DNA from: a virus
Direction: 5' to 3' (one strand)
IMG/VR virus record: IMGVR_UViG_3300045993_000425
Span: 102,844 to 166,843 of that record
Length of the DNA: 64,000 nucleotides
Shown: positions 9,137 to 20,100 of the stretch, one piece after another
How the letters are laid out: every line of letters begins with the position of its first letter
How positions within the stretch are numbered: the stretch's first letter is position 1
Made by a program: the position numbers and the translations under genes
Notes under the pieces: generated by a model
Database searches by the model: none
Told to the model about the DNA's origin: nothing
What the model saw: only the letters and a program-made list of their open reading frames with translations

Positions 9137-12100
9137 AGTCGAGGCCTCCCATAGGAGACTGATAGTAGTATGGGTTCTCGTCCTCTAGGATATGTGTTGG
9201 CGCGTCAAGTAGATGGAAATGCATTTCCCGAACCAGCGAATCGAACATACCACCACGAATCGGAGTCTTTAGGTCAAACCAACCAGAAGAGCCAGTTGTT
9301 GGATGTAGGATGTGTGAGAACTTCCTCGCAGCCCAGACATACCTGTGCCTATCAGTAGAAGCTGGCGGCAGGAGGCCAAATCTCCGATGCAGGAACATCT
9401 GGGAGAGGAACTTCAACCTCTCAGAATGAGACAGCTTCTTGCATTGCAGCGCATACCAGACGACCATGTGGTTTAGCTGCTTGCGCTTCCCTTCCAAGCC
9501 TACCACCGTATTGTCGGGCTTGTTGTCACTGTATGTCGGGTCATCGAGTCCCTCAATGTGTGCGACTAGAGCCCCGAACCTCTGTACCCAACCAACGTAG
9601 GCACAAGCTCGCCTCGCTTGGATGAGCTGTGGCCTCTTGGCTCCCTCTGGCAAGTCATCTGGGTATACACCACCAGGGTAGTCATCTTTGTCATATGAGT
9701 TTTCAGCATGGAGCAACCCACCTCCATCCCCCCACTTCCAAGGAGTTCTGTCGCTCCCTAAGATGTGTCTTATGAACTCAGGAGTGTAGTGCTGGGCCAA
9801 GATCTCCGTCGTCGCCTCCTCTAGGGCCTTGGCGCTATCTGAGTCGTAGTCGTGATATTGGGAGGCACCATGCATGGCTTCGTGCAGGTAGACAGTTACA
9901 GCATCATCATAATCCCACAGGTTCGCACCCGAGTCAGCATCCGACAGTACCTTGGCGAAGTCAGACGCATCCTGGCGACCCATCACGATCTTGCCAGCCC
10001 AGGTGTGATGAGCTCTGGCTTCAGGCAGAGGCAATGCCCGGTCAATCGCACCACCTAAGCGGTTGCCTACAGGATTGCGTGCCCCCACCATAGCAACAAC
10101 AGCTCCACCCAGCTTGATCAGAGCCGACTGGTTGCGAGTGAAGTCATCAGCCCTGTTACCATCCACATCTTCCTGGTCATAGTCCCAGATGGGCTTCCCT
10201 TGGATGTGGGTCGTCGGCTTCCAGTCATCCTTCAGGTCAGGAGCATGGCTCCCCCAAGCCGGTAGAGGGAACTCGATCTCGTGGTTCGGCTTGGAGTCAT
10301 AGGGCTCACCTGACCAGTACAGCTTGGGCTGTGGAGGCAGAGGAGCAATAGCTGGTGCAGGGACGACCTCCACCTTGGGCTCAGACTTGGGCGCCTTCTT
10401 GCGAGGCTTCTTGGCCTTAGGCGGCTCTGCCTTCTCGAGTGCGCCGATGTTGACCTCAGAGCAGGGCACAGCCTCCACCCAGTAAGCCCTTCCATCAGGG
10501 AGTTTCCCTCGAGGTGGCTGGTCGGTGCGGAAGAAGACCAGCTGGCTGCCTGGGGGCAGAGCTAATTGGAGCTCCTGGTAGAGAGGGATCGAGGATGGCC
10601 AAGCTGTTACGGCTTTCCCTTCCACCACCTCGTCTGTCACCTCTGTCGGGATGAGCCTGTCAGCTAGATGCTGCGCTGCGGCAACGATAGGCATGATCGT
10701 CATCCAGCCTGGCACCTCTCGCTTCCGCTCTGCGATCCACCCATGCAATTGAGACAACCAGACGGCCTGCTGGTCATCATCTGAGGATTTACCCAGTTTG
10801 TTCCTCTCTGCATGAGCCGCAATCTCGGCAGGGTTACGCCACCAGTGACCTCCACCCCATCTCTCCTCTACCTGCTGCCTAATGAAACCAGCAGCACCGA
10901 ATGCCCTCTGGGACCCAATGTTGTTGGTCGCAATAAATGCGCGAGCTGGCTTGTCCCCAATGTACTGCTTGAGAGCCCTACCCGCATGACCATTGCCTCG
11001 AGCGGCTGGAGTGATATAAGTCGCACCAGCTCGAATAACACCATCCTCAGTCCTGGGTGTGAAGAAACCTACCGGCTTACCAGCGTGGTCCAGAATGGGG
11101 TGGCGATAGGCTCCATCCTCTGAGTCAACATGCCCACGCAGCTCTGGGTCATTTGAGGCCTCATCGATTAGGTGAGCCAGATTTGGTTGCTCCCCCTTCG
11201 CCAATCCAGCCGGTAGCGGCTTGATGAGGTGTTTCTCTGACCTGTCCTTCTCATACTGCAACCGGAACTGAATCGCCTTCTGAATATCCCTGTAAGCCAC
11301 AGACTTGGCATCAGCCGGTAGGGACTCGTGAAGGAGAGCTATAGGAACCTTCCTGTTGCTCAAGACGGCCTTCCTGACCTTAGGGCTGGTGTGGTTGGCC
11401 AGGAGGGAGATGATCTCAGGGCTCAGGTTCTTCTGTTGAGCCAAGTCCCGTAGCTGAGACTCGATGTTATTGGAGTTTCTGGGATGATTGAATAGCCGGT
11501 ATGCGACCGCCTGAAGGCGAGGAGATATCCCGATATTCACCATCCTCCGACTGAGATCGTCAGCATTCGTCTGTAAGTCGTCGACACCTACACTAGAGCT
11601 TCCAAACCTGTCGAGAGCGGCCTCAATCGCCTCATCACTAAGGCGATGGTTGTGGAGTAGCATCTCAGTCAAGAGATTCTTTGTGCCGACATGCTGCTGG
11701 TGGTTGATCGGGTTCCGACACTTGCTAGCTAGAGACTCCACCGCAGCAGCAGACAGTGGAGCGTTTGCCACCATCTGATTCCCCATGCCAACGGCTGTTA
11801 CCGCTTGCTGGGCGCGAAACAGTCGGTCTGCCTGCTGCTCTGTAAGGTTTGGGTTTCCAGCTAGCCAGTCAATATGATTCAGAGGCTTGCGATTGCTGTG
11901 GTTCTTGGTCGCCCAATCTACCATTTCATCTAGGAGTGAACCCGACACCAGATTGGATTCAACCAAGGGTTGAGGAGCCTCCTCTGGCTTGATTCTCCTC
12001 CATAGCCTTTCCATGTGGGCACTTGTTGCGTTTGGGTGCATGGTCAGGCGTGTGACACCCATGTGGTCATCTGGAGGCACCCGATCGGCAATCAGATTGA

Positions 12101-13076
12101 GGTCTTCCGATGTCAGAGTTTTTGCTCTAGCTGACTCACTATCTGTTCTGGCCAGATCTTCCTTGAACTTATCAAAATGCCTTCGTCTTGATGCAAGGTC
12201 GCCCTTTTTCAGGCCCCTCCACCAGCTGCTGCCGTTATTCAGTATCGACCGCCTGATGTCCTCTGCTCTCGCCTCATATCTAGTGCCTGAGTTGGACACC
12301 AGATACTCATTCTCGTGATTATCGTCACAGTACGAACGGTGGAAGTGCGGATACGCGAACCAGATGTCTTTCAAGGGCACCCAGGCATGGTGCATATTCG
12401 AGCCGAAGCCGGTATCGACTTGGTCAGCGAAGCTCGACAGAGCATGCTCTTGGGTCATTAGGTGGGTGTCGAGCCCCCTAGTGAGGGCGACGTGAGTTTC
12501 CCCATTGATGAGCCGAGTATTCAGCCCACAGCCCCCAAGGATGTCGTTGTGAAGTTCCTGCCGGTGGTCAAGCAGGTCCTGCATGAGACGCGGGTTCTTC
12601 TGAACCCAGAGGTGAAGCTGCTTACTAGTGAGGTGCTTGGTCCTGCTGTTCGCCTCACCTGTCTGGATCAGCTTTAGGAAGTCCCTATCGAGGGTGTGAC
12701 CCGTCTCTGGGTCATCATAGGCTGCCAGATTGTTGAAGCGATGGACGAAGTACTTGGCTACGACAGCCGGTGGCTGGTGGGGGCTCGCCTTGTAGGCCCT
12801 AAATAGATGCTGGGCGGTAGACTCACCCTTGTCGAGGGCTGTGGCACGCTCCCAAGCATCATCATCGACATCAATCGAATCCCACCCACCATTCGTCTTC
12901 CTCTTGGTGTTCGGGTCGACAGGGGTTGGGTGACCTGACTCTAGGTGCTGTTGCTTGAGGTCTGCCCTGGAGGGATGCCTTAGCCACCTCTCCTGGGCGC
13001 GATTCTGCCTGACCATCTGGTCTGCATGGTCAAGACCAACGTCTGCATTTTGGCTTGCGCCTGACTTGTCTGGCAT
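9114..13076 (-). CDS. polyvalent polyprotein 3: R-S-E ADP-ribosyltransferase-like + LRV-like helical repeats + GNAT + unknown + HExxH metallopeptidase
   Basis: LTRG...LSSFAD...ENEYLV; LAGNPNL and VRKAVLSN repeats; ITPAARGNGHAG...NIGSQRAF; YLHEAMH...LEEATTE. Confidence 0.8.
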   Translation of the reverse strand: MPDKSGASQNADVGLDHADQMVRQNRAQERWLRHPSRADLKQQHLESGHPTPVDPNTKRKTNGGWDSIDVDDDAWERATALDKGESTAQHLFRAYKASPHQPPAVVAKYFVHRFNNLAAYDDPETGHTLDRDFLKLIQTGEANSRTKHLTSKQLHLWVQKNPRLMQDLLDHRQELHNDILGGCGLNTRLINGETHVALTRGLDTHLMTQEHALSSFADQVDTGFGSNMHHAWVPLKDIWFAYPHFHRSYCDDNHENEYLVSNSGTRYEARAEDIRRSILNNGSSWWRGLKKGDLASRRRHFDKFKEDLARTDSESARAKTLTSEDLNLIADRVPPDDHMGVTRLTMHPNATSAHMERLWRRIKPEEAPQPLVESNLVSGSLLDEMVDWATKNHSNRKPLNHIDWLAGNPNLTEQQADRLFRAQQAVTAVGMGNQMVANAPLSAAAVESLASKCRNPINHQQHVGTKNLLTEMLLHNHRLSDEAIEAALDRFGSSSVGVDDLQTNADDLSRRMVNIGISPRLQAVAYRLFNHPRNSNNIESQLRDLAQQKNLSPEIISLLANHTSPKVRKAVLSNRKVPIALLHESLPADAKSVAYRDIQKAIQFRLQYEKDRSEKHLIKPLPAGLAKGEQPNLAHLIDEASNDPELRGHVDSEDGAYRHPILDHAGKPVGFFTPRTEDGVIRAGATYITPAARGNGHAGRALKQYIGDKPARAFIATNNIGSQRAFGAAGFIRQQVEERWGGGHWWRNPAEIAAHAERNKLGKSSDDDQQAVWLSQLHGWIAERKREVPGWMTIMPIVAAAQHLADRLIPTEVTDEVVEGKAVTAWPSSIPLYQELQLALPPGSQLVFFRTDQPPRGKLPDGRAYWVEAVPCSEVNIGALEKAEPPKAKKPRKKAPKSEPKVEVVPAPAIAPLPPQPKLYWSGEPYDSKPNHEIEFPLPAWGSHAPDLKDDWKPTTHIQGKPIWDYDQEDVDGNRADDFTRNQSALIKLGGAVVAMVGARNPVGNRLGGAIDRALPLPEARAHHTWAGKIVMGRQDASDFAKVLSDADSGANLWDYDDAVTVYLHEAMHGASQYHDYDSDSAKALEEATTEILAQHYTPEFIRHILGSDRTPWKWGDGGGLLHAENSYDKDDYPGGVYPDDLPEGAKRPQLIQARRACAYVGWVQRFGALVAHIEGLDDPTYSDNKPDNTVVGLEGKRKQLNHMVVWYALQCKKLSHSERLKFLSQMFLHRRFGLLPPASTDRHRYVWAARKFSHILHPTTGSSGWFDLKTPIRGGMFDSLVREMHFHLLDAPTHILEDENPYYYQSPMGGLDYERHDNK

Positions 13077-13083
13077 CAGAGGC

Positions 13084-13091
13084 TAGATTGC
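13084..13091 (-). promoter_or_regulatory. putative late promoter core GCAATCTA
   Basis: Same 8-mer lies upstream of four late minus-strand genes; here it is 7 nt from the ATG. Confidence 0.6.
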
Positions 13092-13106
13092 GGCTGATCG
13101 AAGGTG

Positions 13107-13370
13107 CTAACCGTGCCTGATCCAGGGGTCTTCGGCTTGCTTGAGGTAGTCCTCTGGGATCTGGTTCGGGTCGACATTAGGCCTATAGGGCTCGACCTTG
13201 ACCTCGAGGTCGCCACGCTTGTTGGCGACAGCCACAGCCTCCTCGAGGCTCCTAGCCGTTTCTGCCTCAGGCACATGGAGGTCGATCCAGTTTCGGATGG
13301 TCTGGTGGTCACCAAATACAGCCTCCTGGCGGCCTTCTGTCAGGTGTAGTACCGTCAATTTAAGTAGCAT
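13107..13370 (-). CDS. hypothetical late protein (start revised to MLLKLT)
   Basis: Start overlaps the end of the upstream polyprotein. Confidence 0.65.
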   Translation of the reverse strand: MLLKLTVLHLTEGRQEAVFGDHQTIRNWIDLHVPEAETARSLEEAVAVANKRGDLEVKVEPYRPNVDPNQIPEDYLKQAEDPWIRHG

Positions 13371-16300
13371 CTTTGGCTCTAGGAGAAAGTGGAGAAACCG
13401 CTTGATTTGCTTGGTGATTCTCAATCCTATCAAAACCCATCAGCTTGATGGCAACGTCGTCCTGGTGGGCTAGGTTGCTCATGATCTCAGCCGGTACACC
13501 GCTGCTGCAATCGACCCACCGCCACTCCTCGACCTCATTGTCGGGGTCATTCGCAGAAGTGGGCTCCCCATCAGAGACGCCGAAGAAGATCGAGACAGGA
13601 ACCTCTCCCTTAGGCCCACCATTCGCCTGCCCGACCTCTCTGAGGGTCTTCACCTCTAGGCCAGCCTCTTCCATCAACTCCCTCTTGGCTGCGTCCAGTG
13701 CCTGCTCTCCTGCCTCTACATGGCCACCAGGGAAGGTCCAGCCTCCAGCCTGTCGCCTTCCGAAGAGGATACGCCCATCCCAGTGCTCGATGATGCAGGT
13801 AACGGCAGAGGTCATGGAGGGAGACAACTCACCCTTGCCTAGACTAGGCTTCATTGGCATGGGCTTCATTGGCATGGGCTCCCTAGACCTGATCCCGATG
13901 TCGGAAGGTCGCAAGTCCCCAGGAACGTATCCATTGCGCTCTGGATAGGGGGTAGGGGCAGGGACAGCCGGTAGATATCTAGTGTCACCAGCTAGGTGAT
14001 TGGTGGTGTTCCTCGCGACCCTGACTGGAACCTCCTTCAGTCCAGCAATTCCAGCTGCGATCAAGCGGTGATGACCCTCTCCCAAGGTCAAGGTCTTCTC
14101 TCGCTGGTGATAGGTCAGCATCAGAGGCTCCCTGATGCCGTTCGTCTTGATGTCATCAGCCAGTGCCCTGTTCTGGGCTGCATCGTTCCGGCGATCTACC
14201 TGAATGTACTTCAGAACTTCGTCAATAGGAACCAGTTCAGTATGGTCAGACCAGTTACGTTTCATCGTGCTGTGGGCCTCCTCAGTGAACCGTCCACTCG
14301 CGTCTCGCCACTCTGGAGGCTCCTGCGAGCTCGCCTTCCTGATGTCATTGGTCATGACAGTATCTATAACACGTTTGTCCATCTTTGGACTAGGGCCAAA
14401 TGAGTCTATTTCAGAGGAGGACTTGCCGAGGCCATACTTGTACGGCTTCCCATATTCAGGGTGGTCTGGGTTGCCCTGGTCATACCCCTCCAGCTCGTGG
14501 TCCCTCGTGACAGAGACATGAGTCCTGGCAGCAGGGCCTGAGTGATAACTTCCGAGGACAGTATGGCATCCGAAGTGGTTTCTAGCATGGGCGTTGAAAG
14601 CTTCCACCATCAGCTTCCCAAACCCCTTCTTCTTCATGTCCTCGTCCCGAATCTCCTGGTAGTCGATCCGAGCCGTCTTAGGTGCATCCCAATCAATCCG
14701 GCCATCTAGGACGCCTAGCCGGTTGCCTGAGGGGTACAGGAGAGCGACGGACTGCATTCGTGGCTCAAGTAGAGGCTCCCCAGCAGGCCATCCATCCTGC
14801 CTCTCTCTGACCTCTCTCGTCGTGAGCTTGTCAGACCAATGTCGGACGTGCAGCTTGAAGCCCTTATCCTGGTACTCCTTCGGGAGGCGGAAGCTGTAGT
14901 CATGGCTCGTCACTACCGGCTCATCCGCTTTGGGTGCCCCAGGAGGAACCGGGATGGTAGACAAGGCCATCTTCTCGAGGTCCTCGCCCTTGCCCAGACC
15001 GTACCTGTAGGGCCCGAAGCGATTGTCGAAGCTTGACTCATTGGAATTGTGCTGGATACCATTCCTCTCGGGTTTCAGGTCCCTGGCCCGATAGGGTAGT
15101 TCATGCACCCTGGCCATCTTGTTGTGGACCCTGTTCGCATCAGTCGAGTGGTACTCACCTTGGACCGTATGGCAGCCGTGGTGGTTGCGGACATGGGCGA
15201 GGAAGGTTTCGTACATCAGACTACCCAGCCCCCTCCCCTTCAGGTTGTTGTCTATTAGATCGGTATAGTCAATCTCAGCCACATTGGGAGCAGACAGATG
15301 TGCCTGCCCAGACACCTCGCCAACCTTGTTGTTGCCTTTGTCCAGCAAGTTCGCGTTGATGTGGTACACTCTAGGTCCATTCCCGATTGGTCCCTTACTG
15401 GAAGCAGGGGTGTTATTCACCACCAGCCGGTATCCAAGCCTTTGATACTCCTCAGGAAGCCTCTTGGTGTAGTCATGCTGGATAGCTCCCCTAGCCTGCT
15501 GGAATGGGGTCAGAACTGGGTTACTTACTAGTGGACCCACGGGAATGGTAGACAGGGCCATCTTGGTGAGGCTAGCTGGCAGCTCTGACTTGAGCTCCAT
15601 CTCATGCGGCCCAAACATCCCATCGAATGCCGTATCGCCCTTCTTCCTTCTAGCCATCTCAGAGGGGGTAGGGTGTGGATTCAGGACTGGCTTGTAGTCC
15701 AGCCCCTGCTGCCTGGCTACGCTTGCTCTCGCCCTCGAGGCTGCTGTGCTGTGGACACCCGAGACATCCGTTGTGCAGCCATGGTGATTCTTGGCATGGG
15801 CCATAATAGCCGTATACATCGAACTGCCCATGCCTTGACCCTGGAAGCCGTTGTCGAGGTCCGAGAGCCCGATGTTGAGAGAGCCCTGCTGGTAATTCAT
15901 AGGCTGCTTGCTATTTTGGTGCTCATGCAGGCGACCAACTACCTGCCCGAGGACGTTGTTCTCCTTGTCGTACATGGTAGCCGAGATGTCGCCAGCCTCA
16001 GGGAAACCTCTCTTGTATGTTTTGGCTGACTCGACTATTAGCTGGTGCCCTGCCTTCTGGTGCTCAGGCTTCAGAAGGTGGGAGTAGTCGAACGCTTGAG
16101 TGCCATCACTGCCAGCTGTTCCAGTAGGCTTTCCGAGGGCAATGTTGGCTAGGGCCATCTTCTCGAGGTCTTCCGAGTCGGACTTCTTTACTGGAGGAAG
16201 AGGACGCCCATTGATTGCAGACCTCACCTGCTGGTCATGGTCGAATGGGCGGTATGTGATGTGAGTCTGAAGCTCGTCGGCACCATGGTCTTCAGGGTCT

Positions 16301-17196
16301 GCCAAGTGATCGTATTCTCTACTCAAAGCTTGGATCTCGCCTGGATCTTTCCCGAGTAGGTTTGGAGCAGCCTCGGTCACACCCTGGAAGATGTCTCTGT
16401 GGATAATACCATCATAGCCAAGTCGCTTGCCTACAACTGGCGTCCTGGGGGCATCCACGAAGGCGAAGGTGTCAGCCCTGATGTTGTCAGCATGCTTGAA
16501 AGCTGACTTCGTATCTGTCTCCATGTCCTTGAAGTCATCCCTTGCCTGCATGAGAGGGGTGGACATGTGCATGAAACCAGACTGATCTTCGTAGGGAACC
16601 TTGTTCCAGGGGTCCATCCCTGCATTGACCTTGAAGCTAGACTCTCCATCCATATTCATATCTTTGACATGACGTTTGGATAGGTAATTCAATACCTTGA
16701 CCGCTTCTTCGTGTGTCATCCCATTCGGCTTACCATATTTCATCGCTCTCAGGTAGTGACCAAATGACATTTGAGGACCATGCTTAGTCAGGTCTAGTGG
16801 GTTCTTGAGCACCATATGGACAGGGAACACATTGGCTCCCTCTCCAAACTTGCTGCCGCCCTTGTAGGAAGGTCCTGGGGTTCCCGAGTAGATGCTGCCG
16901 ATGTCGGACGAGTCTGTGTATGAACGAGTCGAAAGAGCACCATGCGGGTTGCCAGCTCGCCTAGTGCCCCGATACAGGACGATAGGCTTACCTTTACTGT
17001 CAACCAGCCTGGAGCCAGCGAACCAAGAAGGGTCGGGTTCGACAGCCTTCATAAGCTCACCCGCACTTACAACATACTCAGACCTCTTATGCAGCCGGAA
17101 ACGCCCATTGGCGCTCTTTTCGGGAGAAGCCGGTACATCGGGCTCATCCGACCCCTTCGTCGCTTGGTGAGCCGCCTTCCTCGCTTTAATCTTCAT
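13360..17196 (-). CDS. polyvalent polyprotein 2: ART-PolyVal-like + 3 paralogous GNATs + ParB/Srx-like + Nudix hydrolase (start revised to MKIKARK, 1278 aa)
   Basis: WFAGS..VD..GKP..LYRGT...KNPL...GYDGII; GQGMGSSMY / GRGLGSLMY / KKGFGKLM; GIREPL...GEGHHR; Nudix box GGHVEAGE...AAKRELMEEAGL. Confidence 0.88.
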   Translation of the reverse strand: MKIKARKAAHQATKGSDEPDVPASPEKSANGRFRLHKRSEYVVSAGELMKAVEPDPSWFAGSRLVDSKGKPIVLYRGTRRAGNPHGALSTRSYTDSSDIGSIYSGTPGPSYKGGSKFGEGANVFPVHMVLKNPLDLTKHGPQMSFGHYLRAMKYGKPNGMTHEEAVKVLNYLSKRHVKDMNMDGESSFKVNAGMDPWNKVPYEDQSGFMHMSTPLMQARDDFKDMETDTKSAFKHADNIRADTFAFVDAPRTPVVGKRLGYDGIIHRDIFQGVTEAAPNLLGKDPGEIQALSREYDHLADPEDHGADELQTHITYRPFDHDQQVRSAINGRPLPPVKKSDSEDLEKMALANIALGKPTGTAGSDGTQAFDYSHLLKPEHQKAGHQLIVESAKTYKRGFPEAGDISATMYDKENNVLGQVVGRLHEHQNSKQPMNYQQGSLNIGLSDLDNGFQGQGMGSSMYTAIMAHAKNHHGCTTDVSGVHSTAASRARASVARQQGLDYKPVLNPHPTPSEMARRKKGDTAFDGMFGPHEMELKSELPASLTKMALSTIPVGPLVSNPVLTPFQQARGAIQHDYTKRLPEEYQRLGYRLVVNNTPASSKGPIGNGPRVYHINANLLDKGNNKVGEVSGQAHLSAPNVAEIDYTDLIDNNLKGRGLGSLMYETFLAHVRNHHGCHTVQGEYHSTDANRVHNKMARVHELPYRARDLKPERNGIQHNSNESSFDNRFGPYRYGLGKGEDLEKMALSTIPVPPGAPKADEPVVTSHDYSFRLPKEYQDKGFKLHVRHWSDKLTTREVRERQDGWPAGEPLLEPRMQSVALLYPSGNRLGVLDGRIDWDAPKTARIDYQEIRDEDMKKKGFGKLMVEAFNAHARNHFGCHTVLGSYHSGPAARTHVSVTRDHELEGYDQGNPDHPEYGKPYKYGLGKSSSEIDSFGPSPKMDKRVIDTVMTNDIRKASSQEPPEWRDASGRFTEEAHSTMKRNWSDHTELVPIDEVLKYIQVDRRNDAAQNRALADDIKTNGIREPLMLTYHQREKTLTLGEGHHRLIAAGIAGLKEVPVRVARNTTNHLAGDTRYLPAVPAPTPYPERNGYVPGDLRPSDIGIRSREPMPMKPMPMKPSLGKGELSPSMTSAVTCIIEHWDGRILFGRRQAGGWTFPGGHVEAGEQALDAAKRELMEEAGLEVKTLREVGQANGGPKGEVPVSIFFGVSDGEPTSANDPDNEVEEWRWVDCSSGVPAEIMSNLAHQDDVAIKLMGFDRIENHQANQAVSPLSPRAKDAT

Positions 17197-20100
17197 TGGC
17201 TTTCCTGACCTTGCCTCGCCACATCTTCCTGCCCTTCCAGGGACCGTCCTGGGTAGGGAACTCCCCGTACTTGGCCTCCTTGAAGCCCCAGAGGCGTCGA
17301 GGAAGCTCATCATAGGAGAAGCGGAAGTGAACCGGCAGTGGGTCCTTTGGGTCTAGACCAGAGATTGGAACTTTGAACTCAGGATGCGGCCAGTGGATGT
17401 CCCCATAAAACTCTCGGTTGCGGAGGTGCTGTAGGAAAGCCTCAGAGATGAGCTCATTAGGGTGCGTGCCACCGTAAAGAATCTCCTGGATACGCTTGAG
17501 CTGTTCTGGAGGGTATTGATTGTTGTAGTCATTCCTGAGGGCCTTTTCATGCTGCTCCCTATCTCGCTCCACGTTCTCTCGAGGTTGCCTCTCTTCGTAC
17601 TCCCTCTCGCGATTGATGAGACTCTCCCTTACATTCGCAATATCTTCCTCTGTCCAGGGGTGATGGGTGTGCTCATTGGCTACATCGTACTTGTTGCCCT
17701 TCTCGTCAACGTAAACAACGTATCCCTCACGGTCATTGTACTCATGCACTCCCTCAAGCATCTTGGGGCTAAACCTCCTCCCATTCGAGATGACGGGCTG
17801 GCAGTTACCCACCTTCAAGCCTGACTCCATCAGATGGGCCATCCTCAAATCTGCCTTCTTGGCGTAGTCAGCTTCTGGGTCGTCTGGGAGGATGGTATCA
17901 TCAGGGAACATATTCAATGCCCTCTGCTTGGCCTTTGACTCCATCCTCTTCGTCCATTCATGCCCGAGGTCGCTCTGCACCTCGTCTACATGGATGGGCT
18001 TGTGCTCCTGCTTGTCCTCATCCCACTCGCCACCCGTAAACCTGACCCAGCCTGCCGTCTTCGGAGAGCCCACAGGGTTGACAGGGTGCCCGCTATTGTA
18101 CCGGGAGTTGAATAACCCCTGGAATAGCTCCATGAGCCCTTCCTTCTTCAGTTGGACCATCCGCTCCATAGGGAAGTCCAGCCGGAAGACGTTGCTCTCC
18201 TGGGCTGAGTGCTGCTGGGTAGGGAGGAGGTCATCAGGCAATACCTCACCCTTGACCTTCCTCATACCATTGCAGCTAGGACAGGTAACCGATGTCTCCT
18301 CCTCGAACTCACCCTTTCCATCGCAGATGTGACAAGGTCCCTTGAGTCCAGCAGGTAGGGCTACACCGGTCTGAGCACACATCAGGCAACGATTGACCCT
18401 TGGCTCCTCATTGAAGCAGCGTCGACATACCTTCGCCTCCGAGCTGCCGGTTCCTACGCAGGCGTGGCAGTCAGCTTCCCCAGCACTCCCGGTCCCATGA
18501 CAGGTTTCACAGTCTTTAGGCAGAGTACTGACGTGCTCTAGGGCTGAATCGAGGTCTGGCCTGTTTCCACGCTTTGTACCATTGCACTCACTGCAAGGGA
18601 CCATCACCGTGGTAGGAACGTGACCCTTCCCGTGGCAATGCTGGCACCACTTCATGTAGTCAGACTCACCCTTGCCCCAGTGCCCCTTCGAGAACCGCCA
18701 GGTTTCCTCTGGCTGCTTGTCGATCTCGGCTTGGATGGACTCTACCGACACATGGCCTGGATTCCTGCTGTCTCTAGGCCAGTTCCCTGGAGGCATCTCC
18801 TTGTGATGGACCGATGTCTTCCCCTGCTCGAGGATGTGGTCCCTAGCTGCCCTGAGCTTGTTGGTACGCAGTCTGAAGGTGATGTTCTCGTCCTCTTCCT
18901 CACCGAAAGGCTGGGTCCAGCTCTCGTCCTTCTCTGTCTTCCTCACCTGCCCTGCCCACATCTTCACCCTGCCCCAAGGCCCATCCTGAGTCGGTAGATC
19001 ACCGTAATGCGCCTCCTTGAAGCCCCAGAGCCGCTTAGGGAGCTCGTCGTAGGAGAAGCGGAAATGTACCGGCGGCTCATCCTCTGGACGCCCCAGAGAG
19101 ATGGGTGCCTTGAACTCTGGGTGCGGCCAGTGGATATCCCCTGTATAGCCCTGGTTCCTGAAATGCTGTAGGAATGCCTCGGCAATAAGCTCGTTAGGGT
19201 GGGTTTGACCAAACAGAATCTGGTTGACTCTCTCCAGCTTCTCGGGTGGGAACTCCTTGTCGAACTGAGCCTGTAGACCAGCAGCGTGCTTGGCTCGCAT
19301 CTCCTCGATGACAGCCTTGGGCTTCCTCTTGTCATTGATCATCATGCTGGTGACGACCTGAGACTCGAGGCTGGCGATGTCCTCCTTGGTCCAGGGATGG
19401 TGGGTGGTTGCATCTGGAACTGAAGTTACCGTGCCATCAGGATGACTAAAGCGAGTGTCTCCATAGAAGGCCTTGATCGTTTCGATCCCATCCTTCATTT
19501 TAGGATAGAATGCCATCGAACCACCGACCCTACCTCCGTCCACATACAGTGGCTTGAACGTGCCTTCTAGCGACTGTTGGGTCCGCATAAGAGCATCCCT
19601 GACTGCCTCCTCTGCGAACTTGGCATACTCAGCCTTGACATCATCAGGCAAGATCATCTCGTTTGGGTATTCCTCGATGGCCTTAGCTCTAGCCTCTGAG
19701 CCTGCCTTCTTCGTCCAGCTCTGACCATAGTCGGACTGCACCTCGTCTACATGGATAGGCTGTCTCTCACCATTCGCACTCACCTTATTGCCACCCGTGA
19801 AGCGAACCCACCCAAGCGTAGGCGCAGCACTATTCTCGCTTACAGGATGCCCTGCACCCAGAGAGGCCTTGTACATATTGCCGAAGAACTCCTCCAGCCC
19901 CTCGTCTCGCAGCTGCTGGAGGTGCCTGTCATGCAGGTCGAGCCGGAAAACGTTGCTCTCCTGGGCTGAGTGCTGCTGGGTAGGGAGGAGGTCGTCCTTG
20001 TTTGGGGTTCCTCCTGTGATCATCCCGCTGCCCTCGCAGTCAACGCAGGTTTCGTTGATAGGCTCTAGCGTGCCATCACCGTGGCAATGATGACAGTAGT

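Noticed and set aside
17197-17313. Listed upstream start of the 1317-aa ORF
   Set aside because: Overlaps the conserved C-terminus of polyprotein 1; ATG 17196 gives normal coupling
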